NCBI RefSeq assembly: GCF_002105155.1
Contig: NW_019029002.1
Coordinates: 1-64,000 of the forward strand
Direction: 5' to 3'
Origin: Lobosporangium transversale
Lineage: Eukaryota
DNA: 64,000 bases
Shown: positions 1-10,814 of the stretch, piece by piece
How positions within the stretch are numbered: position 1 is the stretch's first letter
How the letters are laid out: the number at the start of each line of letters is the position of its first letter
Translations under genes and position numbers: made by a program
The notes under the pieces: model-generated
What the model was told of the DNA's origin: nothing
The model's database searches: none
Seen by the model: the letters and a program-made list of their open reading frames with translations, nothing else

Positions 1-1373
1 TAGAGGGGCTATTATAGCTCTCCTTATCACTTCGATCCGCGTCCCCATCAAGATCGTTGCTGTGACTTGGCCATGTAAAGAGCTTTCGATCGACGGTAGT
101 ATACCTTGAGGGAGGAAGGCAGTCGTCATTGCCCAGTGAAGCTGTATCGGCATCAGAAGTGGTGCTATCCGTGTATTGGTACTCATTGCTTGATGTGTAT
201 GAGAGCCCGTCGACATTGACTTGGGGCAACTATCACAAAAATAATAATAACCATCTTCAGTCATTTTGTCTGCACAGCCGCATCTTCAAATAATGATTAT
301 TATCGCCGCCATACCTTAGCGAAGCCTACTAACATCATCAGATATCGCGTACGGTGGAGTAGTACCTGTTCTGGAGTACTGAGATCCCAATTTTTGGGGG
401 TGAAAGCCTTACAAATATCGTACTCGATTGCATTCGCTGCATACACTCCACATGAGCCGCTGTCTATTTGTCGCCGTACAAACAACTCTGTAACAGACTT
501 GCTCCATTCCTGCGCATCCTTGCCATTGAAGCACTTCATAAGCCATTGGCGGGCCCCATCGATTGTTCGCTGAGGTGGAGCATAGTTAAAGGAATCCCCA
601 AAAGCTATCTTACGGCGCTTAAAGTCGACAGAAAGTGCACCCCAGTGGTTCTCCATGTGAATAAAGGCGTACGCTTTTTTGTACTGGCCAGACAATATTT
701 CTGCTTGCATCCAGTAATTATTTGCTCCGAAACCCTGGTTCCTCCAACACGATATTTGGTACTGTGGAATAAAAAGGAACCCTTCATACATGCACCGTAA
801 TCGCCCCAGTATTCCATCCAAGCTTCCATCGTTCAGCCACTGGGTTCCAGCCAACGGGAGAACGTCATGTATGGAGATCGATGTTCCCAATGAATCGAAG
901 TGGTGCTTCCATGTGTATGCGCCTAGCTGCGCCTTAAATACTGCTACAAAATCTGGAGCAAGCGAGCTCACTTTTGTTTCTAGCCATTCCACCATTTGGT
1001 GGAGTTTATCGATGAATTGTACGACGCCAATGACTTGTGATAGTAGCATGAATGTGGGGTAATCAAGTCCACCATTATTAACTAAAACCCAGCATGGAGC
1101 CTTACACATCTCCATGGATTCTTTGGCTCTGTCAAATATATCTTGAGTCGGGATAGAGGGAAGGAGACTGAAGTCTGAAGGCGACAAAATTGTTTTTGGT
1201 TCCATTTTAGTCAGGAGCAGTGGCTCAGAGCTGAATGTCGGAATAGAAAGCCTCCACTCCAACAAATCTTCACAAGTCCTCCGATCGCACCAGTCTCGGC
1301 CTAAACAGAAGGAATCAATAGGAAGCATGATTGGAGAATCGGTCAATGAGATTTGAATAGCTTTGTTAGCCAT
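1..1373 (-). CDS. Ulp1/C48-family cysteine protease domain protein, probably transposon-associated; partial, continues past the window start
   Basis: The ORF carries Ulp1 motifs WLND, HWG (His), FGDS (Asp) and QIDSGSCG (Gln/Cys). A GT-AG intron (314-230) joins an exon that stays open from 229 to base 1 (LPQVNVDGLSYTSS...). Confidence 0.8.
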
Positions 1374-1748
1374 TGAAGAATATTTAGACAGACGAGTAGT
1401 TATGAGGGACTAAAGTAAGTGAGAATAAGAGGGAACACACATCACATCCGGGGGGTATTTACTCAAAAATCGTATCTAACCGTAACTACAAGTTTGTCTA
1501 CGGGCACCACACAAAGAGTAACCATGGGGCGCCTTTTTACGATATACTGAGATGTTTTTCAGATATTAGAAGTCAAGGAGATCAAAAGTTGTTTTTATTA
1601 TTGTCAAACGAGAGCCTTTTATCAAGGACTCTCTATGACCGTCACATGATATTCTGACCTTATGAATAAAAATGGAAGTGCACCTGAGGTGCACTCCCAA
1701 GCCTCGGTACGTAACATATATATACAACCATTTGTATATTCTTGTGTA

Positions 1749-2004
1749 CAGTGGAATCTCGATAATTGTACACTTTTGTACAATTTTCGAATTTGCTATA
1801 TTTCTCGGTTATTGATTGGCTAAGAAGCCGACAATTCATGAAAAACTATTCTAAAAATCCTCTGCTGATTCCTCTACTCCAGTTGAGTGTGGGTTTTTTA
1901 GAATACTTTTTTTTAAAAGAGTAAGGCTCTTAGCCAACCAATGGCCTAGAAATATATCAAATTTGAAATTTGTACAAAAGTGTACAATTATCGAGATTCC
2001 ACTG
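1749..2004. mobile_element. 256-bp MITE, Tc1/mariner (pogo-like) superfamily
   Basis: Terminal inverted repeats start CAGTGGAATCTCGATAATTGTACACTTTTGTACAA, perfect for about 35 bp and imperfect to about 76 bp. TA flanks both ends (1747-1748, 2005-2006). No coding capacity. Confidence 0.92.
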
Positions 2005-2118
2005 TACAAATCTTTTTCATGATCAATTTTTATGTAACACCGAACGCGGCAATTTCATGCTTTTATATTTCATATTTTCTGTAGCCAATCCAATCGATAT
2101 ATTTTATATCAAGGAACA

Positions 2119-2265
2119 AGGGGAAAATGCACTCCCACGTCAAATTGAATTTTGACCCCCGGTTGATAATTTCCAAAACACCCCCGCGAACACCCAAGGG
2201 AATAGAGGGGGTGAAAACGGAGGTGTTGGGCATTTTTTAATTTGACAGGGGGTGCAGTATTCCTT
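2119..2265. mobile_element. About 145-bp mini inverted-repeat element sharing its terminus with 6221-6273
   Basis: Left GGGAAAATGCACTCCCACGTCAAATT pairs imperfectly with right AATTTGACAGGGGGTGCAGTATTCC. Confidence 0.55.
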
Positions 2266-2362
2266 TGTGTCAATTTTACCACCGTTTCAGACAAAATTTC
2301 AGTCAGTTCGAATAGGAGCACTGCTCATGTGCGAACGAACGCGCTGCAAGCAGGATTGCACA

Positions 2363-2747
2363 CTGTGACTGTCTTGCAGACACCTCTTATTAGCTGGGTT
2401 CTCCCAAAAAAAAAATTCATATGGGAATTCACCTTTTTTACATGTCAATTTTTCCCCACACTTCAATATAAAATAACATTTACTGTTTGTGCTCGCTATT
2501 CTAACACTCTTCACTCTTCTCTTTCTCACTCCCACCAACACTTCTGCTTCTCAGCTTTACCACTCCAAAAAATTAAAAATAAAGTTGTAGAGAAAATAAA
2601 AATAAAGTTGAAGGAAAATAAAGTTAAAGTTGAAGAAAAATGACGATGTAGAAGATAAAGATGACAAAAATTGATGAGTACCTGACCATCTTCCGAACCC
2701 TGGAAGGGCCCAAGCTTTCCTACAAGAACTTTCGAAAATTTGGCTTG

Positions 2748-2784
<37 letters not shown>

Positions 2785-2903
2785 AAAGAGTAAAAAAGGT
2801 GAATTCCCGTATGATTTTTGACTTCAAAATAATTCGAATTTATTTTTTTTGGGAGAACCCCCAGCCTGAGTGAGAGTGAGAAGCGTCTGCAAGACGGTTA
2901 CAG
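2363..2903. mobile_element. Inner inverted-repeat element (MITE-like)
   Basis: Three blocks of 2363-2440 match 2790-2903 in inverted orientation: CTGTGACTGTCTTGCAGAC, GGGTTCTCCCAAAAAAA and TCATATGGGAATTCACCTTTTTTAC (24/25). The interior has short AAAATAAAGTT(G) repeats. Confidence 0.65.
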
Positions 2904-3376
2904 ATTGCCTCAACAGGCAATCCGACCTCAGACTGGTGACGAGTCTAGGCCTGATAAATATTTACCGGATGTCAAGTTCCCTGTAATATAAAATATATCG
3001 ATTGAATTGGCTACAGAAAATACGAAATTCAGTGCCAGCCAAATCAAATCAATAATTATATAAATGTGTTTGTGATCAAACGACGATACCACCTCACTTT
3101 TGTATCACTACCCGCCGCGCCCCATCACTCACTGTGCCCTATGGTACCTGCTGTCCCTCATGGCACCCACTACGCCCCATAATTCACAGAATGCTTGTTG
3201 CATGACTAAGAAATTTAAGCATGCTCTCTCACAAACGTCCACATATTTTTCTATGCGTTTCACATGTTTGCTTTTCCTTCCTTGCCTGTTCAAAACTCTT
3301 TCAGTATGCCATTGCAACAATCATTCATAGATGAAATTATAAAGCAGTAATGAAAGGCCTTTGTTTTTTATTCTTG

Positions 3377-5083
3377 TCAAATGAAGTTAAAAGAGCGTCT
3401 TATTTTTATATTGCCAACATCATCACTCTCTGTGATAGGGGTCCTGACTTGGTGATTGACTACAGAAATAGAAGAAAATGCAGTCAAGTCACATATTTTA
3501 CAAACTAAACAATCAAAGCGATAATGAAGTAGACACCTATACGAACACTCAATAGGAAATTGAGTCCCTTTCCTATCATAGCAAAGTGGCTTCTATCTTC
3601 AGGAAGCTCGAATTTGCCCAACAACTTGGGAATATAAAGAGCTTCATGATCTAAGCTCATCACATAAATTTCCATCCATCCCTCTATAAGATATAACATG
3701 TAAACTGTTAATGCCAATGTCCACCCGTAATATCTTATACTGCTAGTATTAATGTCCGTAAAAGAAAACAAAACGAGTTTTTAGCAGTACGTTGTACGAG
3801 AAGACCAACTATCTTTGGCGTTTGCATCCCGTTGATGGCCTGAAGATCCAATTGCAGCTTCATCGTGAAAAAAAAAATTTTCGCCGATCTTTCGAGAGAC
3901 GTCTGTTGCTAACGATATTAAATTTGATCTCTGCAATTATTATAGAGAGATCTTTTACCAGCCAAGCTACATCTGGCCGGTGCTTTTTATGATAGTATTG
4001 AGGGACGCCAATATCGGCATCTCTAGAGTAAAGGGAAAACGTATACATGCGATTTTTAATGCAGTTTCAAAAGAGCGTGTTACTTGCTGCAATCAAAGAA
4101 TGAGGCTATCACTTACTCCTCTATAAAACATTCGAGCCCGGCCAGGACCTTCCTCATCATGGCTGTAACAACAACACCACTGTAAGTCTTCTCATTTCGG
4201 ATCGACCGTTCTGACCAAAGAGTTGAATCGTCACACCATACTCTGAGGATGTCGAGCAGCATAGGAGTGGCTTTCTGATCCTCTTGGAGCAAGAGCGTCC
4301 GGTATGCTTTGTAATCCAGTGTATTTGCGGCCTGGGCACAATCCTCTATTAAATTTCGATCGTACTCTGACATTTGGCCCTTTACTTCCACAAAATACAT
4401 GGCATCCACCACCTGGGGTGGAAGAAAGTCGACGATCAACTCTTGACAAAAAATAAAGTTGACAGCGCTAAGGAAACCACAAAGAGAAGCATGAATTACA
4501 ACGCTTGGAGCTTACAATGAACTAGGAACTAAAATAAAATTAATAAACCGGAATACATACAGGAACCGAAAAGTAGAAAGGTGTTTGTTTCGGGCGAGCA
4601 GGCTCTGCCGAATATTCATCAGCTCCTTGGATATGTTTATTCCTTCGAGCTCATAATAGTCCATTGATTTCAAACAGCATTCAAGTACCCCATCGCCACG
4701 AAGCTGAGAATTTCGTGAACCCCTGCTTTGATGCAAGTCTACGTCAGGCGTCTAATTCAGTTTATTTCAGCATTAGCTCATAGAACTAACCAGCGACAAC
4801 AACAAAATAACAATAAAAGGATTACCTTTTCCTTATTCTTGTTCTTCCACTCATTGCAATAGGCCTGCAATTGTGCCTGCTGCTTTCTACCCAACCTTAC
4901 AAGATCCTTTTCTGTTGACGATTTGTATATCTCTAAGAAGCTACTTCTCTCTCGGTAAGAAACATTGTAATGATGTTGACCCCATTTCAAAAATCCAAGA
5001 CCGTCTTTCTCAGGTGAACTTTCGATAAATTCCTTTAGGATTTCCTCGTTGGTCTTGTTGCTTCTCACGAACTTTTTGCAAGG

Positions 5084-5086
<3 letters not shown>
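3377..5086 (-). pseudogene. Multi-exon PD-(D/E)xK / restriction-endonuclease-fold protein (Crinkler-REase-like) with one homopolymer frameshift; pseudogene or sequencing indel
   Basis: GT-AG exons 5086-4826, 4751-4561, 4467-4117, 4022-3791, 3683-~3540 and ~3459-3377 splice in frame (last junction less certain). Motifs: RNEKTY, HRPDVAW, IAEIK, MKLQLD, GLLVQ, YVMSLDHEALY, FELP. The frame breaks at a T10 run (3868-3877). Confidence 0.7.
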
Positions 5087-5117
<31 letters not shown>

Positions 5118-5704
5118 GAAAGAGGTGGTTTAAAGTAGAGATGGAGGGAGGAAAGAGAAACACAATCCTTTTATTTTAAGCAAGATTTTCCCAGCATTGG
5201 TATTCTAGAAAGAGGCGAAGCATACAGACATTGTTTTTAGAGTTCTCGTTAGAAAGTCGTACAAAGACAGAAAGAAATATATATTAGAATGATACCGTGG
5301 TTTTCTATATCATTCTCCATCTCATTCTCCATCCCGTTCCTAATGACGCCTTCAAAGTCGACAGCAATGATTGGGATACAGAACTCCTTAGAACAGTAAA
5401 GCAAAAGCAAGCTCAGGCTGTTGCCCTGAATTCTGAATTAGTGAATCTTACGCCAGATACTGGAAGCGCGTTGATATGGCGGATAACGAGCCCTGTTGAT
5501 CAACAGAAAACTTGAGTTTATATACATGAGACAACGATGGATACTGAATATGAGAGAGTTCTATAAGATTGCGGAGGATCGAACACTTCGGTTGGATGAA
5601 ATTTTTGATACGTACAGAGCAGCAACCACGGCAGTTAAGGTTCATAGCACAAGCTAGGGTGCTGTGTTGAAAGAGCTTTGCAAATAACCAGGGTCCTTGT
5701 TTTC

Positions 5705-5736
<32 letters not shown>

Positions 5737-6065
5737 CTACTGTGCCCAACGGTTCCCACTGAGCCCTCACACAGCTAATGCAGAATAAAAGGCCAATGAA
5801 TGTGTGTACCAATCTGTATTTTAGACAATTAATATCTTTAATCTCCACTATTGGACTCATGTGGTGCATGTTAAGTTGCTAAAGGTTCTGAGCCTAGTGA
5901 TGAAAACAAATCTAGGAAGGGGTCATTCATGTGTCTAATTGATCTACTATCTACTGTCAGGTTTTGATAAGAGAGGCTCAATGGTATTAAATTGTTAGTC
6001 GGGTGTAGATGTAACCAAATGCAGAAAGTGAATTTTTTTTCCTCTCAAAAAACAGCCTCAAAATG

Positions 6066-6273
6066 TTGACGGGGGGGGTGAGGATTCCCACAATTGAGAT
6101 GGTTGACGGGGGGGTAAAGATTTACATTTTGAGAATCTTTACGGGGGGTGTACCGGAATTCTGACGGGGGGACAGGGGTAAGAATTCCGAAAAAATGAAT
6201 GTTGACGGGGGGTCAAGGGAATTCTCAACCGGGGGTCAATATTTTATTCTGACAGGGGGGTGCATTTTTCCTT
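6066..6273. mobile_element. DNA-transposon end: subterminal (T)TGACGGGGGG array plus terminal inverted repeat
   Basis: About seven TGAC/TTAC/CAAC-G5-8 units. 6221-6273 is an imperfect reverse complement of 2119-2170 and ends ...TTTTTCC|TTAA. Confidence 0.65.
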
Positions 6274-6283
6274 AATTCATTTA

Positions 6284-6368
6284 GCAACTGGGCTGCCAAA
6301 TAGATTAATCCTTTTTTGGGGCAGCCACCTAGCTTCACACACTTAGATGGCAGCTGGGCTGCCAAATA
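6284..6368. repeat. Short direct and inverted repeat cluster
   Basis: GCA(A/G)CTGGGCTGCCAAATA at 6284 and 6350, with a partial inverted copy TTTGGGGCAGCC at 6315. Confidence 0.55.
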
Positions 6369-6744
6369 ATGTTTTGCAAAGGAAAAAGATATTTGCACTG
6401 AGATCTTTTTTTTATTTGTACGGAGTCTTTATTTCAGCCTTAAATACCACTACCAGGAAGCCTTCCACGACACAAGCTCGATACCCAAACATCAAATATT
6501 GACCAGAATATTTATCTTATCAAAGTCGTACGTAGCCCTGAATACATATTGATATTCTTTATGGGATTCTGGGACTAAATAAAGAATTAAAAACGATTTA
6601 TCTATAATTGAAATATATATGCTGCTTTACTTTGTGCTTTTGTTGGTCGTATTGTTGTTATAGGTTGTAGATGGTTTCCTGATACTTTTTTTCATTTAGC
6701 GCGTGCATACATCTCTAGTGTTTCCGTACGCTATTAAGCAGAAC

Positions 6745-6868
6745 CGCTGGATAAAAATACGAACGAAGTAAACACATGTAAAATGTAAGCGAGCCGCCCA
6801 AAAAAATTTACGCAGTAAACCCGTGTAAAAATATTGGGGCGCTGGACAGGATTACGAACGAAGTAACC
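6745..6868 (+). repeat. Degenerate 45-50-bp tandem repeat, about 3 units
   Basis: CGCTGGA.....TACGAACGAAGTAA at 6745 and 6840. The middle unit at 6795 shares ACG.AGTAAAC.C.TGTAAAA with the first. Confidence 0.55.
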
Positions 6869-7778
6869 CGGAATTAGGGAGGTACGTGGAATCAGAAAGG
6901 CCAGGGATAAATGAAGTGGAACCTTACAAGTCTCACAAGGAACCAAACTATAGAAAATGGACACGACCGCCGCCTACTGAATAATCCGTTTATATATCAA
7001 ATGATTCTGATCATTTAAGATAAATATTGGCCAGGAAGGAAGAAGCGAGAAGAAGGGAATGAGAAGAGAGCGAAGTGGGAGAGGAGGTAGAGGATGGCCG
7101 CCGTGAAGAGGAGAGGAGGCGTAAAGCGGGTGAAACTATGAATGAAAAGAAGTTCAAATGTGCGAGATAAAATGAAATGTCTATTGCAACAAGGAGAGTC
7201 AATAAATAGTATCAATATCTTCTTGTTACTCTCCTACATTCTGATTCGCCATAGTCAACATGGTGAGTCGATTGTCTACTGTCTATGAAGAGAGCAAGAA
7301 AGAGATAAAGACTCAGACAACCCTCGGCTTGAGTGCAGCAGAAAAGCAATCTATTCTACTAATAAGCTGGCCAAATTGCCTAAAGACTAGGCTTGAATGG
7401 TGGTCAAGGTGCAAATTCATGAATAACTGCGAAATAAAGGTCCTTTTTTTTATTTTTTATTATTTATTATATGTTATATAATGTAATTTATTTTATGACA
7501 ATGTAGGACTCATGTAGCGCATGTAAAGGTGCTGAAGGCTCTGAAGGTTCTGAACCTAGTGATGAACACAAGCCAGCTTTATTGGATCTGGAATCGATAA
7601 AATGGTGTTCTAGATTTTTTTCTATTATCGGCGCATGAGGATTACTCAGCTGCTGTCTTGTTTGTATAATTGCAGCACCTTTTTATTTCTATTTTTTCGG
7701 ACAGTATGTGCCGCAATTGAAGGTGTCGAAGGTAAAAAAAAAAAAAAAGAAAAAAAAGGTGAAACTCAGTACAGTTCC

Positions 7779-8057
7779 CTATACGCCCTTCGCAGTTGAA
7801 ATATAAAGCACTAGATCATGGAAAGTGAAGTCATGCACCATAGATTGGTTAGCCTTGAACATCCCTTATCGTTGTAATCGAGGAGGAAGGAAAGAAAAAA
7901 GAAAATAAGTCCTCCTTGTCACTTGCCATTGTTTCCACGAATAAAAGTATCACCGTATTTGTTTTTAAGTTGTCCGTTGACATATTCCTCAGTCTGCTCC
8001 AATGCAATGTTCATGTATCCATCAAGACATGCCAAAATCCCTATTGAGTAGGAGAGT

Positions 8058-8098
<41 letters not shown>

Positions 8099-8340
8099 AA
8101 AAGAGTCCCGGTTAGTCACTATTCGTCCAGTGTATAAACTGATATCGGATGTTAATATGAGATGCGCGCGTTCGTGAGAATGATATTAATCCCTCTACAA
8201 AGCCTTTCTGTGTATTATTGCCTTAGTGTCTTTGTGATAGTTGTGCCTGAAAAATTACCTCTGTAATCGACTCCTGAGTTGAGTTTGACAATGACGGGTC
8301 TGCCAAGCAAGAAGCTTGTAAAGTCTTGTGTTTGTTCCAT
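7779..8340 (-). CDS. LSM6: U6 snRNA-associated Sm-like protein LSm6
   Basis: Exons 8340-8259, 8040-7927 and 7810-7779 give ...GRPVIVKLNSGVDYRGILACLDGYMNIALEQTEEYVNGQLKNKYGDTFIRGNNVLYIS. Intron 2 has a GC donor. Confidence 0.95.
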
Positions 8341-8647
8341 TTGGTCTGTTGGAATGAAGAAGGTGCATCAAATCATATTCAAGATGGAAGACTTTATGCT
8401 TGGAGGCTTAGAAAGTGCCCAATGCATTAGTGAAACTTCAATTTAGAAAGGTTGAAGGCCCTAATTCACCTTTTGTAAATATAAAAGTGTTACAGCCATA
8501 TTTTTTTCCTTTTCGGCAATGGCAGTAGGAGACACACGTGATTGGTGCAGTTCATTAACACCAGTCGCCCAAACTTGTCCCTGGACTCTTCTTCTCTTTC
8601 AAGCTAATTCCACACTCTCTTTCCAACACACCAATTCCATCACTGTC

Positions 8648-10543
8648 ATGAAGTATAAATCTACCCGCGGCAAAGTCAACAGCTACACTTTTGAGCAGGC
8701 TGTTCTTGCAGGCCTCTCACCAGATGGTGGTCTCTTTATCCCAGATTCGATCCCTCAGGCTCCTGCTGACTTCTTGACAAAGTGGGCTTCGCTATCTTTC
8801 CAAGATCTTGCTCTCGAAATCCTGTCTCTCTATATCGACGATACCGAGATCCCTCGGAGCGATCTGAAAGAGCTAGTAGATCGATCCTACTCAGCCTTCC
8901 GCCACAAGGACATCACACCCTTGCACAAGGTCAAGGATGGACTTTACATCCTTGAGTTATTCCATGGTCCCACATTCGCCTTCAAAGATGTCGCTCTTCA
9001 GTTTGTTGGCAATCTCTTCGAGTACTTCTTGAAGCGCAGAAACGCAGGCATTGAGAACAAAGCAGATAGACACAAGATTACTGTTGTCGGCGCCACCAGC
9101 GGGGACACTGGCAGGTACGGATTATCAACACTCGATCATTTTATGATCTGATCAAGCAATTATGCTTTTTTTTTTTTTTTTTTTTTTTTTTTTTGGGAGT
9201 TTATCTTTTCATTTTCATTTTATGACTCTTTTTTGTATTCAACATTGGGACGGGTTTCAAAAAATTGATCCAACAATTGGTTATGAGTAATAACTTTATT
9301 TGATATTCTCTTTACACTAAAATTGATTTAGTGCTGCAATCTATGGCCTCCGCAACAAACAAGACCTCGAGGTATTCATTCTCTTCCCCACTGGCAGAGT
9401 CAGTCCTATCCAGGAAGCCCAGATGACTACAGTGTTGGACAAGAATGTTCACAATATCTCGGTCAAAGGCACCTTTGATGACTGCCAGGATATTGTCAAG
9501 GGTCTCTTTGCTAACAAAGACTTTATGAGCAAATACAACCTCGGCGCCGTCAACTCGATCAACTGGGCCCGTATTCTTGCTCAGACTGTCTATTATTTCC
9601 ACTCTTACTTCTCCTTGCTCCGTTCTCTCAACATCACCCCTGCATCAGAAGAAGCTAAAGCAGTCCACATCACCTACTCTGTCCCTACTGGCAACTTTGG
9701 AGACATCTTGGCAGGTTACTATGCTCATCAGATGGGTCTTCCCACTTCCAAGCTTCTGGTTGCTACAAATGCAAACGATATCCTGTATAGATTCTTCTGC
9801 AACGGTGTGTGTGAGAAGATTGTGGATGAGAATGGTGGTGTGCAGGAGACGCTTAGCCCTGCCATGGACATTGTCGTCAGTTCAAATTTTGAACGTTTGC
9901 TGTTCTATTTGGCTCGTGATGCTGCTTTGGATGCAAGTGTGCCTGAATTAGATAAAGATGCAAAGGCAGGCGAGATTGTCAATGGTTGGATGGTCGATCT
10001 GAAGCAGAAGGGACGCTTCGATACTGGTGCTAAGGTCCTGGCAGAGGCTAAAAGAATCTTCGATGCTGGACACGTTTCAAATGAAGAGGTACGGAAGTTT
10101 TTTTTTTTTTTTTTCTTCTTTCTTTCCCTTCTTTATGTTATTGTGTTGTTCTCTAACTTCTTTTCTTTGACCTTTCATGTTATGCATTCTAATAGACCTG
10201 TCAAACTATTCGTGCATACAGCTTCCCTGCTGATGCCTCACAAGCATCATACGTCATGGATCCTCATACTGCTGTCGGTGTCCATGCTGCAGAGACTGTG
10301 CTTCCCAAGATTGACTCACAGAATATCGTGATTTCACTCTCAACTGCACATCCCGCCAAATTTTCTGAAGCTGTAGAGAAGGCATTAAAAGAACAGGAAG
10401 GTGTTGTATTTGAAGAGTTCTTCAAGAAGGTCTCTCCCAAGGAGTTTGATGGACTCATGGACGCAGAGCGCAGGGTAACTGTCATTCCAAGAGCTGAAGA
10501 GGCTTTGGTTATTGAGGTCATTGCCAAGGAACTTTCAGAATAG
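8648..10543 (+). CDS. THR4: Threonine synthase
   Basis: MKYKSTRG, PLP-lysine motif LELFHGPTFAFKDVAL, ATSGDTGSAA, NSINWARI, VPTGNFG, DPHTAVG, TAHPAKF. Introns 9115-9331 and 10089-10195. Confidence 0.97.
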
Positions 10544-10734
10544 AATTAAATAGCCCAACATTATAAATAATCCGACTTATGCATCCCATATATAAAAACA
10601 AATTAGACGCACTCATTTTTACACATGAGATTTTGCTGATAAAACTAATATTATACAATTGGAAGGAAACTAGTTTGTAGATTGCTATGTACATCGTGAT
10701 AGTGATAGAATAAAATTATTAGAAAATGTGAGTA

Positions 10735-10776
10735 AAAAGCAAAAGCAAAAGCAAAAGCAAAAGCAAAAGCAAAAGC

Positions 10777-10803
<27 letters not shown>
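10735..10803. repeat. (GCAAAA)n microsatellite followed by poly-A
   Basis: About seven GCAAAA units, then an A-run, between the converging 3' ends of THR4 and the TBC gene. Confidence 0.9.
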
Positions 10804-10808
<5 letters not shown>

Positions 10809-10814
10809 TTGTCA

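Larger units (their letters stand above)
2067..3028. mobile_element. Non-autonomous inverted-repeat (foldback-like) element
   Basis: 43-bp inverted repeat, 2067-2109 vs 2986-3028 (ATTTCATATTTTCTGTAGCCAATCCAATCGATATATTTTATAT), 41/43 matches. No target duplication seen. Confidence 0.65.
5853..7571 (+). repeat. Dispersed direct repeat of about 57-66 bp (copies at 5853-5909 and 7506-7571)
   Basis: GGACTCATGT(G/A)G(T/C)GCATGT...AAGGTTCTGA(G/A)CCTAGTGATGAA(A/C)ACAA is present in both copies. Confidence 0.75.

Noticed and set aside
1490..1540. GTCTACGGGCACCAC resembles the start of 5S rRNA
   Set aside because: The similarity ends after about 12 nt and no internal conserved boxes follow.
1677..1695. 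Palindrome AGTGCACCT-G-AGGTGCACT
   Set aside because: Real but only 9-bp arms; no function can be supported.
6695..6720. Helitron-like 3' end (...CATCTCTAG|T)
   Set aside because: No convincing GC-rich hairpin upstream and no identifiable 5' end.
6066..6868. Spaced repeats as a CRISPR-like array
   Set aside because: Repeats are short and degenerate with irregular spacing, the context is eukaryotic and there are no cas genes.
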